In this document: piece by piece, positions 29,652 to 38,896 of the stretch | How positions within the stretch are numbered: position 1 is the first letter of the stretch | Layout of the letters: every line of letters starts with the position of its first letter | Source: an uncultured candidatus Brocadiaceae bacterium | Lineage (GTDB): Bacteria; Planctomycetota; Brocadiia; SM23-32 | Reading direction: 5' to 3' | Length of the DNA: 64,000 nucleotides | Assembly (NCBI GenBank): GCA_964521715.1 | Contig: CAZFSS010000013.1 | Location: 7,327-71,326 of the forward strand | The notes under the pieces: generated by a model | Databases searched by the model: none | What the model was told of the DNA's origin: nothing | Seen by the model: the letters and a program-made list of their open reading frames with translations, nothing else | Translations under genes and position numbers: made by a program

Positions 29652-30966
29652 GCAGATGGGTCCATCGGCTTCGCGAACGGCGAGCGTCGCGGGCACCTAA
29701 ACATGACCGGGGGAGTCAACAATATTGCCCGGCTTGTTGCCTTTGCTTGGTTGCGGCCGTCCAGGAGCCACGCGCAAGGCGTGATCTGCGGGGGCGTGCG
29801 GAACTTGCCGGATTTGCCTGATGGAAGCCGCCTTCTCGGCAGCAAATGCCGTGTTTTCTGTAAGCCATTGCCCCGCAGAGCCTTGCAGGGCTTAATGCCG
29901 CCGACAGCCGTTCCTGGTGGCGCCTCGGCGCGCTTTCCCGCGAGGAGGTCCCTCCGGATCCGACGTTCTGGGCAGCCGTCCCGGCATCTCATGCCTCCGA
30001 CGGCCCGAGTCCAAGAGCGGCTAGCGGCCGTGCGCTCCGCATCCGTTCTCGCCATCCCGTAGATCGCGGCGCCGATGGCGCGCTCAACCGGATTCGCGCC
30101 GCGGAACCGCCTTCCTTCGCCATATCCACCGGTTCTGTCGAGACACAAGCCCAACGGCTCGGGGGACTTCTGAGGAGCTCAGCGCCCCGATCTCTATCGA
30201 GCCGAGCCCGCCAACGCAGCTTCGCAACGGCCGCATGAGGCCGAACTACCTGCTCTGTAGCCTAAAGGGCCGCGCTCCCACGCCCGTGGGACAGCGCTAC
30301 CAGCGCCGTCGCCGCCAGCGAAGACGGCCAACTGCGAGCCCGACGGCGCAAAGCACGCCAAGAGGCCCCGTCCCGCTGGCCGGCAGCGCTTCAGGCTCGT
30401 CTTCGTCAGCTGACGGGCGGAGTGCTGCAGCGGCATGCGGCCAGGGCGCGTTCCGGGGCCGGACATAGCAGGAGCTAGTTTGTGTTGTACATAATATATG
30501 TTATCGGACGTTGCACATACGCCCACTAGTCTCGGACAAGTAAAATGACACCAATGACACGTAAGATGGCACAAAGGGGGCGCCGCCGGCGTACACACGA
30601 CGAACGCGGCGCAGGAATGCGCTTCGCGTTCAAAAGCGGCGTGTATAGTATCAGACGAGGGCGCAGAGGAACGAACCGCCGGACCGCACCGGGGCGGGGC
30701 CAAACTGCCCCGCCCGGCACTCCGTGACGGCGCTTTGCACGCGCCCTGAAATCATCGTTCACCGCCCTTGCAGCGGCCATGCACCGGCGCTGCCCGGAAA
30801 CCGGGGCGCTGTGGCCGCCTCTGAGGCGCGTTGCCAGGCCGCGTCAGGGCAATGCCCGGCGGCCCGATGGTCGCCCCACAGAGGCCCTGGTGCCGCCTCG
30901 CGCCCCGCCTGGTGAGACCGACCGTGCGGCGTTGTGCTTCGCCCGGCATGGTTGCCCCTTATCATT

Positions 30967-31320
30967 TCAACAGCCCCCTTTCCGCCACGGCCAGAGGCCA
31001 GCCGCCGTCAACTGCGCCCGCCAGGCGGTTATCAGTTCCTCCAGGAGCATGTGGCTCATGTACACCACGGCGACCCACGCCTCTTCACTCAATCCGGCGC
31101 TCGCCGCTTCGCGCGCGACCCCGCCGATCACGATCGCCTCCGGCGAAAGCTCCACGTGAGTCTCACCGGCCTCGACGGCGCGCTTGTAGGCGGCCATCAT
31201 CTCGCCGATGCGGGCCGCGAGTTCCACCCGCACCCCGTTCCCCTGCGCCCGCCGTGCCGCCTCCAAGATGGCGTCGAGGTCGGCAGGCGTGAGACTGTCC
31301 TGGCCGTCCGCCATCATCAT
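30967..31320 (-). CDS. Hypothetical protein downstream of the tape-measure gene (ATGA-coupled)
   Basis: The MMMADGQ... start overlaps the tape-measure TGA stop. The longer ORF in the track overlaps the tape-measure gene in another frame and is Arg-rich junk. Confidence 0.35.
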   Translation of the reverse strand: MMMADGQDSLTPADLDAILEAARRAQGNGVRVELAARIGEMMAAYKRAVEAGETHVELSPEAIVIGGVAREAASAGLSEEAWVAVVYMSHMLLEELITAWRAQLTAAGLWPWRKGGC

Positions 31321-33284
31321 GTCCTCGCCTGCGAGAGGTGCTTCAGTTGGGCTTTCATCCGCGCCAGTTCGTCCCGCATGATCTTTGTGAACTGCTGCAT
31401 GGCCATGACCTCGGCGTTCGTGAGCTGCCGGTCCGCCAGGAACTCCTGCCACAGCTTCTGCTCCTGGGCGAACCACGCCGCAATGGCCTCGTTCAGGCCG
31501 GCCTCTTGCTGTAGCGGCGTCAGCGCCATGAGCGGCGCCACCACGGGCGCGGCGGCCGCACCGGCCCGGCCTTCGATGCGTTGCAGCACGGCCAGCATGT
31601 CCGCCAGGAGTTGAGTGTTTTCCTCCCCGCGTGCGGCCGCGCGTTCGGGGGCTGCCGCGCCGATCTCGGCCGCGCCGGCAGCCGCGCCGATCACCCCGGC
31701 GCCTGCCGCTTCCGCTGCCTGACCGGCCCGAAACCGCAGGGCCTGGAGCGGGTCCATGAGTGGGCCGGTCAGCCGCTCGAACATCGCCGATATCCAGTTG
31801 CCCGCCCGGAAGGTCGGCGGAACCGGCTGCCCGCCGGGACCGCGCACGCCCCACAGGCCCGGCCCCTTCGTCGCTTCTACCATCTGGCCGGCGCCGAGGC
31901 CTTGCAACCTCCGGCCCCATTCCCTTACCGCCGCGCCAAAGTGCTCTGACAAGTAGGCGACCACCTGGTCGATCAAGTCCATCGCCTTGTTGGCGAGGAG
32001 TCCGAGGGTCGCCTCGGCCAGCGTGCGGATGTCCGCGAAACTTTCAACAACCAGCCCCGGAAGGTTCGCAACCGTGTCCTTGAACCCCTGCCAGACGGCG
32101 CCCCAGTCCCGCGTCGTGAGCCAGGTCCATGCGCCCTCGAAGGCGGCCACGATCTGCTGCCCGATCTGCCCCACCTGCTCGCCGAGCCGCTGGAACGCCG
32201 GGGAGTCTCTCAATCGGTCCAGCCAGGCCGCCACGTTGTTGAGCGCCGGCACCAACGCGCCAGTCAGGGCCTCCGTTAGCGCCTCCACGTCCTCCCAGAA
32301 CGCCCGCCATATCTGCTTCATGGGGGAGAGGCGCGCGACCTCCGCAGCCACGCCCCCGAACCGTTGCGCCAGCACCGCCGCGAGGTCCGCGACGTTCTTG
32401 ATGCGGGCGATGGTCTCCGCCGGGATGCCAAGCTCAAACAGGCGCATCTTCGCCCGGCCCAGGTCCTCCCCGCGCGCCGCCACCTGGACAAAGAGGTCCG
32501 CCACCTCGCCCAGACTCACACCGGCGCCGACCGCCGCGTCCGCGATCACCTGGAGGTACTGGGCGGGCGCGCGCAGGTCCGTCCGCGCGAGTTTCACGAG
32601 AGCCCCGGCCAGTTCCTCCTCCGCAATTCCAACGGCCGGACTGAGCCGCGCGATCTCCTTCCACGCCGCCTCCCATCCCGCCCCGAGCCGGCGCTTGAGC
32701 ACCGCCTTGAGCCGCATCTCGGCCAGGTTCCCCGCAATGCCCTTGACCATCGCGGCGCCGACCGCCGCCCCGATCCCGAGACCCGCCACTACGGCGGCCT
32801 TCGCCACCTTGCCGAGCACGGAAGCGACCGCGCCGATAATCGACTCGATGGCGCCGATGATCTTCTGCACCAGACCGGCCACAACGTTCAGCACCGCGCC
32901 CGCAATGTTCGCCGCGATCCCGACGAGGCCCTGGAGGATATTCGCCGCCGTCCCGACCACGCCCGAGAGGATTCCGCCCACGCCGGGGATCAGGGAAGCG
33001 AACGAGTTCAGAATGCGGACCGGAATTAAGGCCAACGACGTGGCGCCCTTGATGAGGTCGGACAGCATTCCGCCGATCCCGCCCGGCCGTGTGGCGAGCG
33101 CGCCGGCGATCCGGCCGCCGACGCCGCCCCCAAACATGCGGGCGAACCCGCCGCCCAGGCCGGCGCCGAGTCCAGTGCGGAGCTTCCCCGCCAGGTCGCC
33201 CAGGTCCTTGCCCAGCTGTTTGATCTGCGCCCCGGCGCGCCCCTTCAGTTCAACCAGGATTCCGTACTTCAGGTCCTTGCCCAT
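31317..33284 (-). CDS. Phage tail tape-measure-like protein
   Basis: 655 aa, Ala/Gly-rich with repeated small-xxx-small glycine-zipper-like hydrophobic segments (GIAANIAGAVLNVVAGLV..., GLGIGAAVGAAMVKGIAG) and long predicted alpha-helical and coiled regions, the typical composition of tape-measure proteins. No enzymatic motifs. Confidence 0.5.
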   Translation of the reverse strand: MGKDLKYGILVELKGRAGAQIKQLGKDLGDLAGKLRTGLGAGLGGGFARMFGGGVGGRIAGALATRPGGIGGMLSDLIKGATSLALIPVRILNSFASLIPGVGGILSGVVGTAANILQGLVGIAANIAGAVLNVVAGLVQKIIGAIESIIGAVASVLGKVAKAAVVAGLGIGAAVGAAMVKGIAGNLAEMRLKAVLKRRLGAGWEAAWKEIARLSPAVGIAEEELAGALVKLARTDLRAPAQYLQVIADAAVGAGVSLGEVADLFVQVAARGEDLGRAKMRLFELGIPAETIARIKNVADLAAVLAQRFGGVAAEVARLSPMKQIWRAFWEDVEALTEALTGALVPALNNVAAWLDRLRDSPAFQRLGEQVGQIGQQIVAAFEGAWTWLTTRDWGAVWQGFKDTVANLPGLVVESFADIRTLAEATLGLLANKAMDLIDQVVAYLSEHFGAAVREWGRRLQGLGAGQMVEATKGPGLWGVRGPGGQPVPPTFRAGNWISAMFERLTGPLMDPLQALRFRAGQAAEAAGAGVIGAAAGAAEIGAAAPERAAARGEENTQLLADMLAVLQRIEGRAGAAAAPVVAPLMALTPLQQEAGLNEAIAAWFAQEQKLWQEFLADRQLTNAEVMAMQQFTKIMRDELARMKAQLKHLSQART

Positions 33285-33302
33285 TCGATCAGCTCCGTCG
33301 CC

Positions 33303-33629
33303 TCACAGATAAGATGGCATGTGCGACAGCACCTGGCAGAGGGCCAGCCTCACGTCGGCTGATACGCTGTCCGCTGTCAGTTTTGAGCCCAAGAAGGGGG
33401 CGCCCAACAGATCGGCCGGCCCGATTGCGGCCGTCTGCCAACCCTGAGCGCCACGGCGCCCGTATCGCCTGTCGGCCATGCCGTCCAGCCGGCTGTAGGC
33501 CCACACGAGGCGGTTGACGCGCCGTGCGCAATCCGTGCGCGCTTCCGCCAGCAGCGGCGTGCCCCAGGGTTCCAACGTGCATCGCGCCAGCACTGCCTCA
33601 TGACCCGTCTCTACGCTTGTGTCTGCCAT
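33303..33629 (-). CDS. Hypothetical protein immediately upstream of the tape-measure gene (possible tail assembly chaperone position)
   Basis: 108 aa, positional inference only. Confidence 0.25.
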   Translation of the reverse strand: MADTSVETGHEAVLARCTLEPWGTPLLAEARTDCARRVNRLVWAYSRLDGMADRRYGRRGAQGWQTAAIGPADLLGAPFLGSKLTADSVSADVRLALCQVLSHMPSYL

Positions 33630-34071
33630 TGCATCCTCCCACTACATACGCCACAGAGAAACCGGGGCAGGCCGGCAGGCCGTGCGCTTACCGCGACCCG
33701 CCCCGGAAAAAGGCGCGCCGAGTGACGACGCGCCGTTGCATGCAAGGGCAGGGCGCCCGGAAAAAGGAGACGAAAACAGGCGCCCCGCCCGACTGGCGCG
33801 GCCGCGCCGATCTGCCCGAGCCGGGAGGCCAGAAGCGTGGGCAACCGGCTGTGCAACCGCTGCCCCCGCCGAGAACGGCCGTGCAGATCCGCGGGCCGTG
33901 AATTCAGAGGCCCGTGCCCGCTGGAGGTCGCGGGCCGGGCCAAAGTTGAAGGGGCGCCGGAGCAACCAAGCGCCCCCTCTGCGCTGGGCAGGCACCACGG
34001 TGCCGGGACGGCGTTCGGTCCCCAGCGCCGCTCTCACTACGTGGATCGTGCCCGCCGCACAGAACAACATG

Positions 34072-34737
34072 TCACGCAACCTCGCCGTCGTCCGTTCCGC
34101 CGAAGTCAATCTCTCCCATGCCCACGGCCGGCGCCGAAGGCCCACTCGCCGCCCGCAGCGCCCGGACCCACACCACCGTGTTGTGCCGATGATCCAGCCC
34201 GACCTCGCACGGCAGGATGGACGTCAACTCGCCGCGATACCTCTCCCGGATCGCCTGATCTATGCGGCCGCCGACCTCGCCATCAGCTTCCAGATAGCGC
34301 CCCAAGTTCAAGGATTCGTCCGCCCGCCAGCCCTTCGAGGGCTGTCGGAAACCGAGCAGCATGGCCGTCCAGTTGTCGAGGTCCGCCGAGGCCATGATCT
34401 GCAGCACTTCGAGCCGCCCAATCAGGCTAAGGCCAAACCGGCCGGAATCGAGCGCTGCCTCCAAATCCCCAGCCCTCACACACGCGATCCCGTCGACGTC
34501 GTACGTTGGCAACGTCACGTGGCCCCGCTCGCTCCCGCCCTGCATCGCCGACCCGACCAGCCGACGGACCATCGGCATGTTGAGGTAGGCGCCATCAGGC
34601 CGAAGGATCAACTTCGGTTCCAAGGCCTGCGCCTCGCGGTTGCGCGCAAAGTCTTTCCCCGCCAGCAGCGCGGTCTCCTCCTGCCGGCGCTGCTCCAACA
34701 ATTCCGCCCTTTTCTGCTCCGCTGCCCATCGATCCAT
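34072..34737 (-). CDS. Hypothetical phage-associated protein
   Basis: 221 aa ORF in the co-directional gene block. No recognisable motif. Confidence 0.3.
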   Translation of the reverse strand: MDRWAAEQKRAELLEQRRQEETALLAGKDFARNREAQALEPKLILRPDGAYLNMPMVRRLVGSAMQGGSERGHVTLPTYDVDGIACVRAGDLEAALDSGRFGLSLIGRLEVLQIMASADLDNWTAMLLGFRQPSKGWRADESLNLGRYLEADGEVGGRIDQAIRERYRGELTSILPCEVGLDHRHNTVVWVRALRAASGPSAPAVGMGEIDFGGTDDGEVA

Positions 34738-34743
34738 GTCCCT

Positions 34744-35160
34744 TCACGCTCCTCTCTCACGAGCGCTCAACTGCTCGTATCGCTCAACGAGAACCGCCAG
34801 GCGCCACAGCCCAGCGGCGTCGTCCAGATCGCCTTGGACCCAACGCCGGAACCTGCGGCCCGTGACGCCCAGGACGGCGGCCAGAACCCGCAAGGCTGTC
34901 CGTACGTCGAGGCCACATGCCGCCATCATCGCCCCTATTGCGTTCACAACCAGAGTCGCCCGCACCTCCCGGTCTTCCCGCCGCACACCCGCCTGTTCTA
35001 CGTGAACATACTTCCGCCCACGCCCGCCCTTGATCCTCCAACCCGGCGCCGCGAACTCCGGTTCAGGCAACCGAAGTTCGCCCAACCGCCGCGCCCGCGT
35101 CCCGCCCGTCCGCACGATCTCGCCGACCATCCCGTCCTCGATCTCGCCCACGTCAAGCAC
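34744..35160 (-). CDS. Hypothetical phage-associated protein
   Basis: 138 aa. It overlaps the upstream gene by 8 nt. Confidence 0.3.
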   Translation of the reverse strand: MLDVGEIEDGMVGEIVRTGGTRARRLGELRLPEPEFAAPGWRIKGGRGRKYVHVEQAGVRREDREVRATLVVNAIGAMMAACGLDVRTALRVLAAVLGVTGRRFRRWVQGDLDDAAGLWRLAVLVERYEQLSARERGA

Positions 35161-35677
35161 CGGAACCTCCCTTCAGAAATTTCAGGATGCTGGCCAGTCC
35201 GATCCCCCGCTCGCGGTGCCTATTGGCGAGCCGGCGGCCCGTCGACACCCGCCGCAACCGGCCGGACCTGACGTAGCGTCGGAGAGTGGAGACGCTGCAG
35301 CCGAACAGCTTCGCAGCCACCTCATACGTCACAACCCGCGGCACCCGCCTGCGGTTCTCTCGTTCGGCTTGCAGAGCAAGAGCCAGCTTGCAGACGACAT
35401 CCGCCCTGGCCGCCGGCGTGAGTCCATCATCATCGGCCGCCTCTTGGAGCCGCCGTTCTAGCGTCACGATCAGCACGCGCCGGTTGAAACGCCGGTTCGC
35501 CTCCCGTAGAGATTCCCAGTCCAGCCCCGCCTTCTCTTCCTCAACCTCCCAACGGTAGAGCGTACCCGTGCTCACGCCCAGGCGCCGGCTGATGTTCTGG
35601 CGGCTGTAACCCCACGAATACATCCGCCGGGCCAGGTCCAGGAATCGTCGCTTTTGGTGTGTCCTGATGACGCTCAC
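35153..35677 (-). CDS. Double helix-turn-helix DNA-binding protein downstream of the transposase (in the MuB position but with no ATPase motifs)
   Basis: Two HTH-like segments (ISRRLGVSTGTLYRWE; AAKLFGCSVSTLRRYVRSGRL). Its ATG overlaps the transposase stop (ATGA). No Walker A or B motif. Confidence 0.4.
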   Translation of the reverse strand: MSVIRTHQKRRFLDLARRMYSWGYSRQNISRRLGVSTGTLYRWEVEEEKAGLDWESLREANRRFNRRVLIVTLERRLQEAADDDGLTPAARADVVCKLALALQAERENRRRVPRVVTYEVAAKLFGCSVSTLRRYVRSGRLRRVSTGRRLANRHRERGIGLASILKFLKGGSGA

Positions 35678-38190
35678 GCCGCGCCCTCCCCCGCCTCGCC
35701 ATCACCCGGCAGCAGGCCGAACTCGCGGAGCAAATCCCGATCCTGCGCACTCAAGTCCTTCACCAACCCCGCGTCCATGGCGGCCACATCGTTCTTGAAG
35801 GCACCAAGCGTGTCATCAACGTCGGGATAAAGAGGATCGGCTGCCGCCTCCTCCAACTCGCGCAAGATCAACCGCAGGCGAACCGCAGCGTCCCGCCGCG
35901 AGGCCGCGCAGTCGCTCCAAGGCAACTCGCCTCCATCCGTGAGGTCCCCGACGACGACCACATCCTCCAGCCCATCCGGCGGCCGGTGCTTCGATTCGGC
36001 GTCCAGGTCGATTTTTGCCTGCGCCACGAGGGCGGCCTGCCGCCCCACGAGCGGAGTAGGCCAAACATCATACCGGGCCAGAGCCGACGCAAGTGACGGC
36101 GGCATGTCGCGCGTCCATTTCGCCGGCAGGGCCGCGAATTCGGCAGCCGCCCGCGCGAACAGCCCATCCCTCGTCTCCGCATCGGCCTCCCGCTCGCCCT
36201 CCAAGATCATGTCACAGACCGCGCGCACCGGCGTGTCCTCGGACCAGTCAAAGTCCGCGATGTCGAGCCACTCTTCGCTGTAGATCGACCCCGGCGGGAC
36301 GGGGAAGCACGGCTCGTAGGCCGGCTTCGCGGCGGCCTCGATCTGGCGCCGCGCCTCGGCCCCAGCGCCTTTCAGAAGCACAACCTCGCCGGCCCGGCGC
36401 TTCCCTCGGGCTTCGCTCGCAAGCCGCGCCGCGACCGCGCGATAGGCCCCGAGCGGATCGACCACAGAGTCCGGCACGTCGCGCAGTTCTGCCGCCGCCT
36501 GGCGCAGGTGCTCCCGCTGCTCGCGGCCCGCGCGCCGGGCCTTTTGATTCGCCGGCCCGTCGGTCCCCCACACGGCTTTCGGCGCCGGGCGCAAGGCGAT
36601 AACCTCGCCATCGTTTAGATAGGCGAAGGCTTCGCCGTCCGCCCACCTCACGGAGACCTGCTGCCCGGTGTAGAGAAAGAGCCGCTCACCGGCCCAGTAG
36701 TTTCCGTCGAGCAAGACACCGTAACCTGTCACCCTGCGCCGGCCCGTCTTTTGGAGCAAGAATGCGAGAGCCCGCTCGTCTTCGATTCGAGGCCGCTGCG
36801 CGGCCGCGTAGAGTTCGACGGGCGGCGCCGTCCGCTCGCCGCAGACGTGCTCGTGGTTCCACTTCTCAAGCTGCCGGGCGAAGAGCTCCGCGAACTCCTC
36901 CCAACTCAGCAATTGGCCCTTCACGACATGCTGCGCCAGGCGCTCGGGCTTGTCCTTCGCGTCGCGCCCGCACCAGCCCGGCAGCAAGCGCTCCCACCGG
37001 CGAAACGCGCCGAGCAAAGGCTCCGCGGCCTTCCCCCAGGGCGCGTAAGGCAGACACGTCGTCACCCGAATCCCCAGAGCCGCGAAGAGCGCGCCTTCCT
37101 GCTCGGGATCAAGCAGGGCCGGCCACGTATCGCAACCGCCGAGCTCTTTCGTCCGAGGTCGGCGCAGCCTGGATGCTCTGCCGCCGAGGCGGCGCGCCGT
37201 GAACTCTCTGCCATTATCCCGCTGAAAGGTGTCAGGTTTGCCCCAGGTCAGGAGCGCCTGCCGGAGCACCTGGCCGACAACCTCCGCGTTCGGCTGCCGG
37301 GACAGTGCGTAGGCGACCAACGCGCCGCTGCCTACGTCCCAGACGACCGTGACCCACGGCCTCCGCGCCTTGCCTGCGTCCGAGATCATGATATCGGCCA
37401 GGAAGTGATCGGCCGACCAGGCGCTCCCCGGCGCCGGGACTTCCCGCCCCACCTTTGGCCCCATGTCCGACCTATAGGCGCGCGGCCCCTCCCGAAAGAG
37501 CTTCTTTTCAAGCGGCGAGATGCCGGCCACGAACCGCGCGACGCTGCGCTCGGATGGTGCGTCTTGCCCCGTCTCCGCTGCCCAGCCGCAGACGGTGTAT
37601 TCGTAGACTTGGGCCGCCGTGGGCCGCCCTTCCGTGAGATACAGGGCGCGGACACGCTTGGCCAACTCGGGCGGGATGCTCGGATGCTTCCCCCGCCGCC
37701 CCACGCCACGCCGATCAATCAACTCGCCCTCGCGGCCGGCCCGCAACGCGCGCTCCCAGCGCCGGAGCGTGCTGATGCTGACACCCCACTCCGTGGCGAC
37801 TGAGCGCCAGGCGGCGTTCTTCCTCCCGCGTGGCGACCGCGCCGCGCGTTCCTCGGCAAGCGCCACGGCCGCGCGTTTTTCAGCCGCGCCGATCAGCTTC
37901 GCCCCGTCGCCGCCCGCAATCAGGGCGGCGGCGTCCGGCGTCATGCCATCCGCCAGGACCGGCACGCCGCCCGGCGCCGGCGGCCCTTGCGCAGGAGCGA
38001 GCGCCGCCACTTTCGGTTGGAGCTGCGAAAGGAGCACGCCGAACTGCGGGCGCCCATTCCGGGCCTGCCCGATAGGCACGGCCAGGTAGACGCCCGCCTG
38101 AATCCCCCGCCGGATTGTGCGCTCTGACACCCCCAACACCTGGCCCGCCTCTTCGATGGAAACTATGGGTTTGCCCACGTCGTCGAGCAC
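35674..38190 (-). CDS. Mu-family DDE transposase (MuA/TnsB-like; rve integrase core)
   Basis: N-terminal HTH (IEEAGQVLGVSERTIRRGI) plus a second DNA-binding region. The catalytic core has D in WSADHFLADI, D in FQRDNGREFTA and E in PYAPWGKAAEP, with D-D-E spacings of about 63 and 65 residues as in Mu/TnsB-family enzymes. The C-terminal domain is long. Confidence 0.75.
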   Translation of the reverse strand: MLDDVGKPIVSIEEAGQVLGVSERTIRRGIQAGVYLAVPIGQARNGRPQFGVLLSQLQPKVAALAPAQGPPAPGGVPVLADGMTPDAAALIAGGDGAKLIGAAEKRAAVALAEERAARSPRGRKNAAWRSVATEWGVSISTLRRWERALRAGREGELIDRRGVGRRGKHPSIPPELAKRVRALYLTEGRPTAAQVYEYTVCGWAAETGQDAPSERSVARFVAGISPLEKKLFREGPRAYRSDMGPKVGREVPAPGSAWSADHFLADIMISDAGKARRPWVTVVWDVGSGALVAYALSRQPNAEVVGQVLRQALLTWGKPDTFQRDNGREFTARRLGGRASRLRRPRTKELGGCDTWPALLDPEQEGALFAALGIRVTTCLPYAPWGKAAEPLLGAFRRWERLLPGWCGRDAKDKPERLAQHVVKGQLLSWEEFAELFARQLEKWNHEHVCGERTAPPVELYAAAQRPRIEDERALAFLLQKTGRRRVTGYGVLLDGNYWAGERLFLYTGQQVSVRWADGEAFAYLNDGEVIALRPAPKAVWGTDGPANQKARRAGREQREHLRQAAAELRDVPDSVVDPLGAYRAVAARLASEARGKRRAGEVVLLKGAGAEARRQIEAAAKPAYEPCFPVPPGSIYSEEWLDIADFDWSEDTPVRAVCDMILEGEREADAETRDGLFARAAAEFAALPAKWTRDMPPSLASALARYDVWPTPLVGRQAALVAQAKIDLDAESKHRPPDGLEDVVVVGDLTDGGELPWSDCAASRRDAAVRLRLILRELEEAAADPLYPDVDDTLGAFKNDVAAMDAGLVKDLSAQDRDLLREFGLLPGDGEAGEGAA

Positions 38191-38204
38191 GTCAAGGCCC
38201 TCCT

Positions 38205-38585
38205 CTATCGGAAAGGCTCTGCCCTTTCCCTTCTCTGCGCGAGCGTCCGCAGCGCGTGCGCTACGTCCACCTCTCCGCGCACCGCATCGCCCAACGCAAT
38301 CACCCGCGCATCGTAGTGACCCCCAACGCTGAAGAGCACGCGCGGCGTGTGCCCCGAATGCCGAAAGGCGGCTTCGAGGTCCACGCCCAAGAAGCGCCAG
38401 CGCTCACAACGCAGCAGCCCCGCCACCACGCGCTCGGCGACTTCCTGTGCCCCGCCCCTGCCGACCTTCACATGCGCATCCCGAGCCAATATCCGCAACG
38501 TCCGGTCACGTCGCCGGACCAGCCGGCCCGGCCGGCCGGCCCGGTCAACCGCGAGGCTCGCCGATTCGCCAGAGCAGTACGTCAC
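38205..38585 (-). CDS. Hypothetical protein between the Ner-like gene and the transposase (GTGA-coupled start)
   Basis: The GTG at 38585 overlaps the Ner-like TGA stop. The Arg-rich N-terminal extension in the track overlaps the Ner-like ORF and is probably spurious. Confidence 0.3.
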   Translation of the reverse strand: MTYCSGESASLAVDRAGRPGRLVRRRDRTLRILARDAHVKVGRGGAQEVAERVVAGLLRCERWRFLGVDLEAAFRHSGHTPRVLFSVGGHYDARVIALGDAVRGEVDVAHALRTLAQRRERAEPFR

Positions 38586-38896
38586 GCGCCGCCCTCCCCG
38601 CCCGCGCCGCGCTCTACTTCTACTCCCCCGCCCGCGCCGACGCGGCCCCGTTGACTTTGCCGAAGCGGCGGGGTATCCTTCCCGCGTTCGGTCAAGGCGG
38701 CCCCGATGGCCTCTCGCAGGCGCGCCAACGTGTCGCGCCGGCACGGCCAATCACAGAGCAGCTGACTCACACGCTGAGGCGACGCCCCATAGTGTTGGGC
38801 GACGGCCTGGCGCGACAGCCGATGGCGAGCACAGAACGCGCGAAGCTCCGACGAAGTCCTTGGAATACCCGGTTCTCGTGAGGTCGCTTGGGCCAT
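38582..38896 (-). CDS. Ner-like small HTH DNA-binding protein (early regulator position)
   Basis: HTH segment LRAFCARHRLSRQAVAQHYGASPQRVSQLL. I chose the internal Met at 38896 so that the gene does not overlap the divergent repressor gene. Confidence 0.45.
   Translation of the reverse strand: MAQATSREPGIPRTSSELRAFCARHRLSRQAVAQHYGASPQRVSQLLCDWPCRRDTLARLREAIGAALTERGKDTPPLRQSQRGRVGAGGGVEVERGAGGEGGA

Noticed and set aside
29860-29920. Possible RNase P RNA-like motif (GGCTTACAGAAAAC on the minus strand)
   Set aside because: The elements appear in the wrong order relative to the bacterial RNase P consensus (ACAGAA-CCGGCTTA), and the P4 GGAAAGTCCGGGC core is absent.
29703-30703. Short ORFs in the noncoding stretch (29703-30062 plus strand, 30194-30703 minus strand, 29273-30154 minus strand)
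   Set aside because: No motifs and Arg/Pro-rich composition. One runs through the AT-rich patch and another overlaps the alcohol dehydrogenase gene. The region was treated as noncoding or decayed.
30967-31920. 317-aa minus-strand ORF overlapping the 3' end of the tape-measure gene
   Set aside because: The first 200 codons are Arg/Gly-rich and lie inside the tape-measure gene in another frame. Only the last 118 codons, from the ATG at 31320 coupled to the tape-measure stop, were kept.
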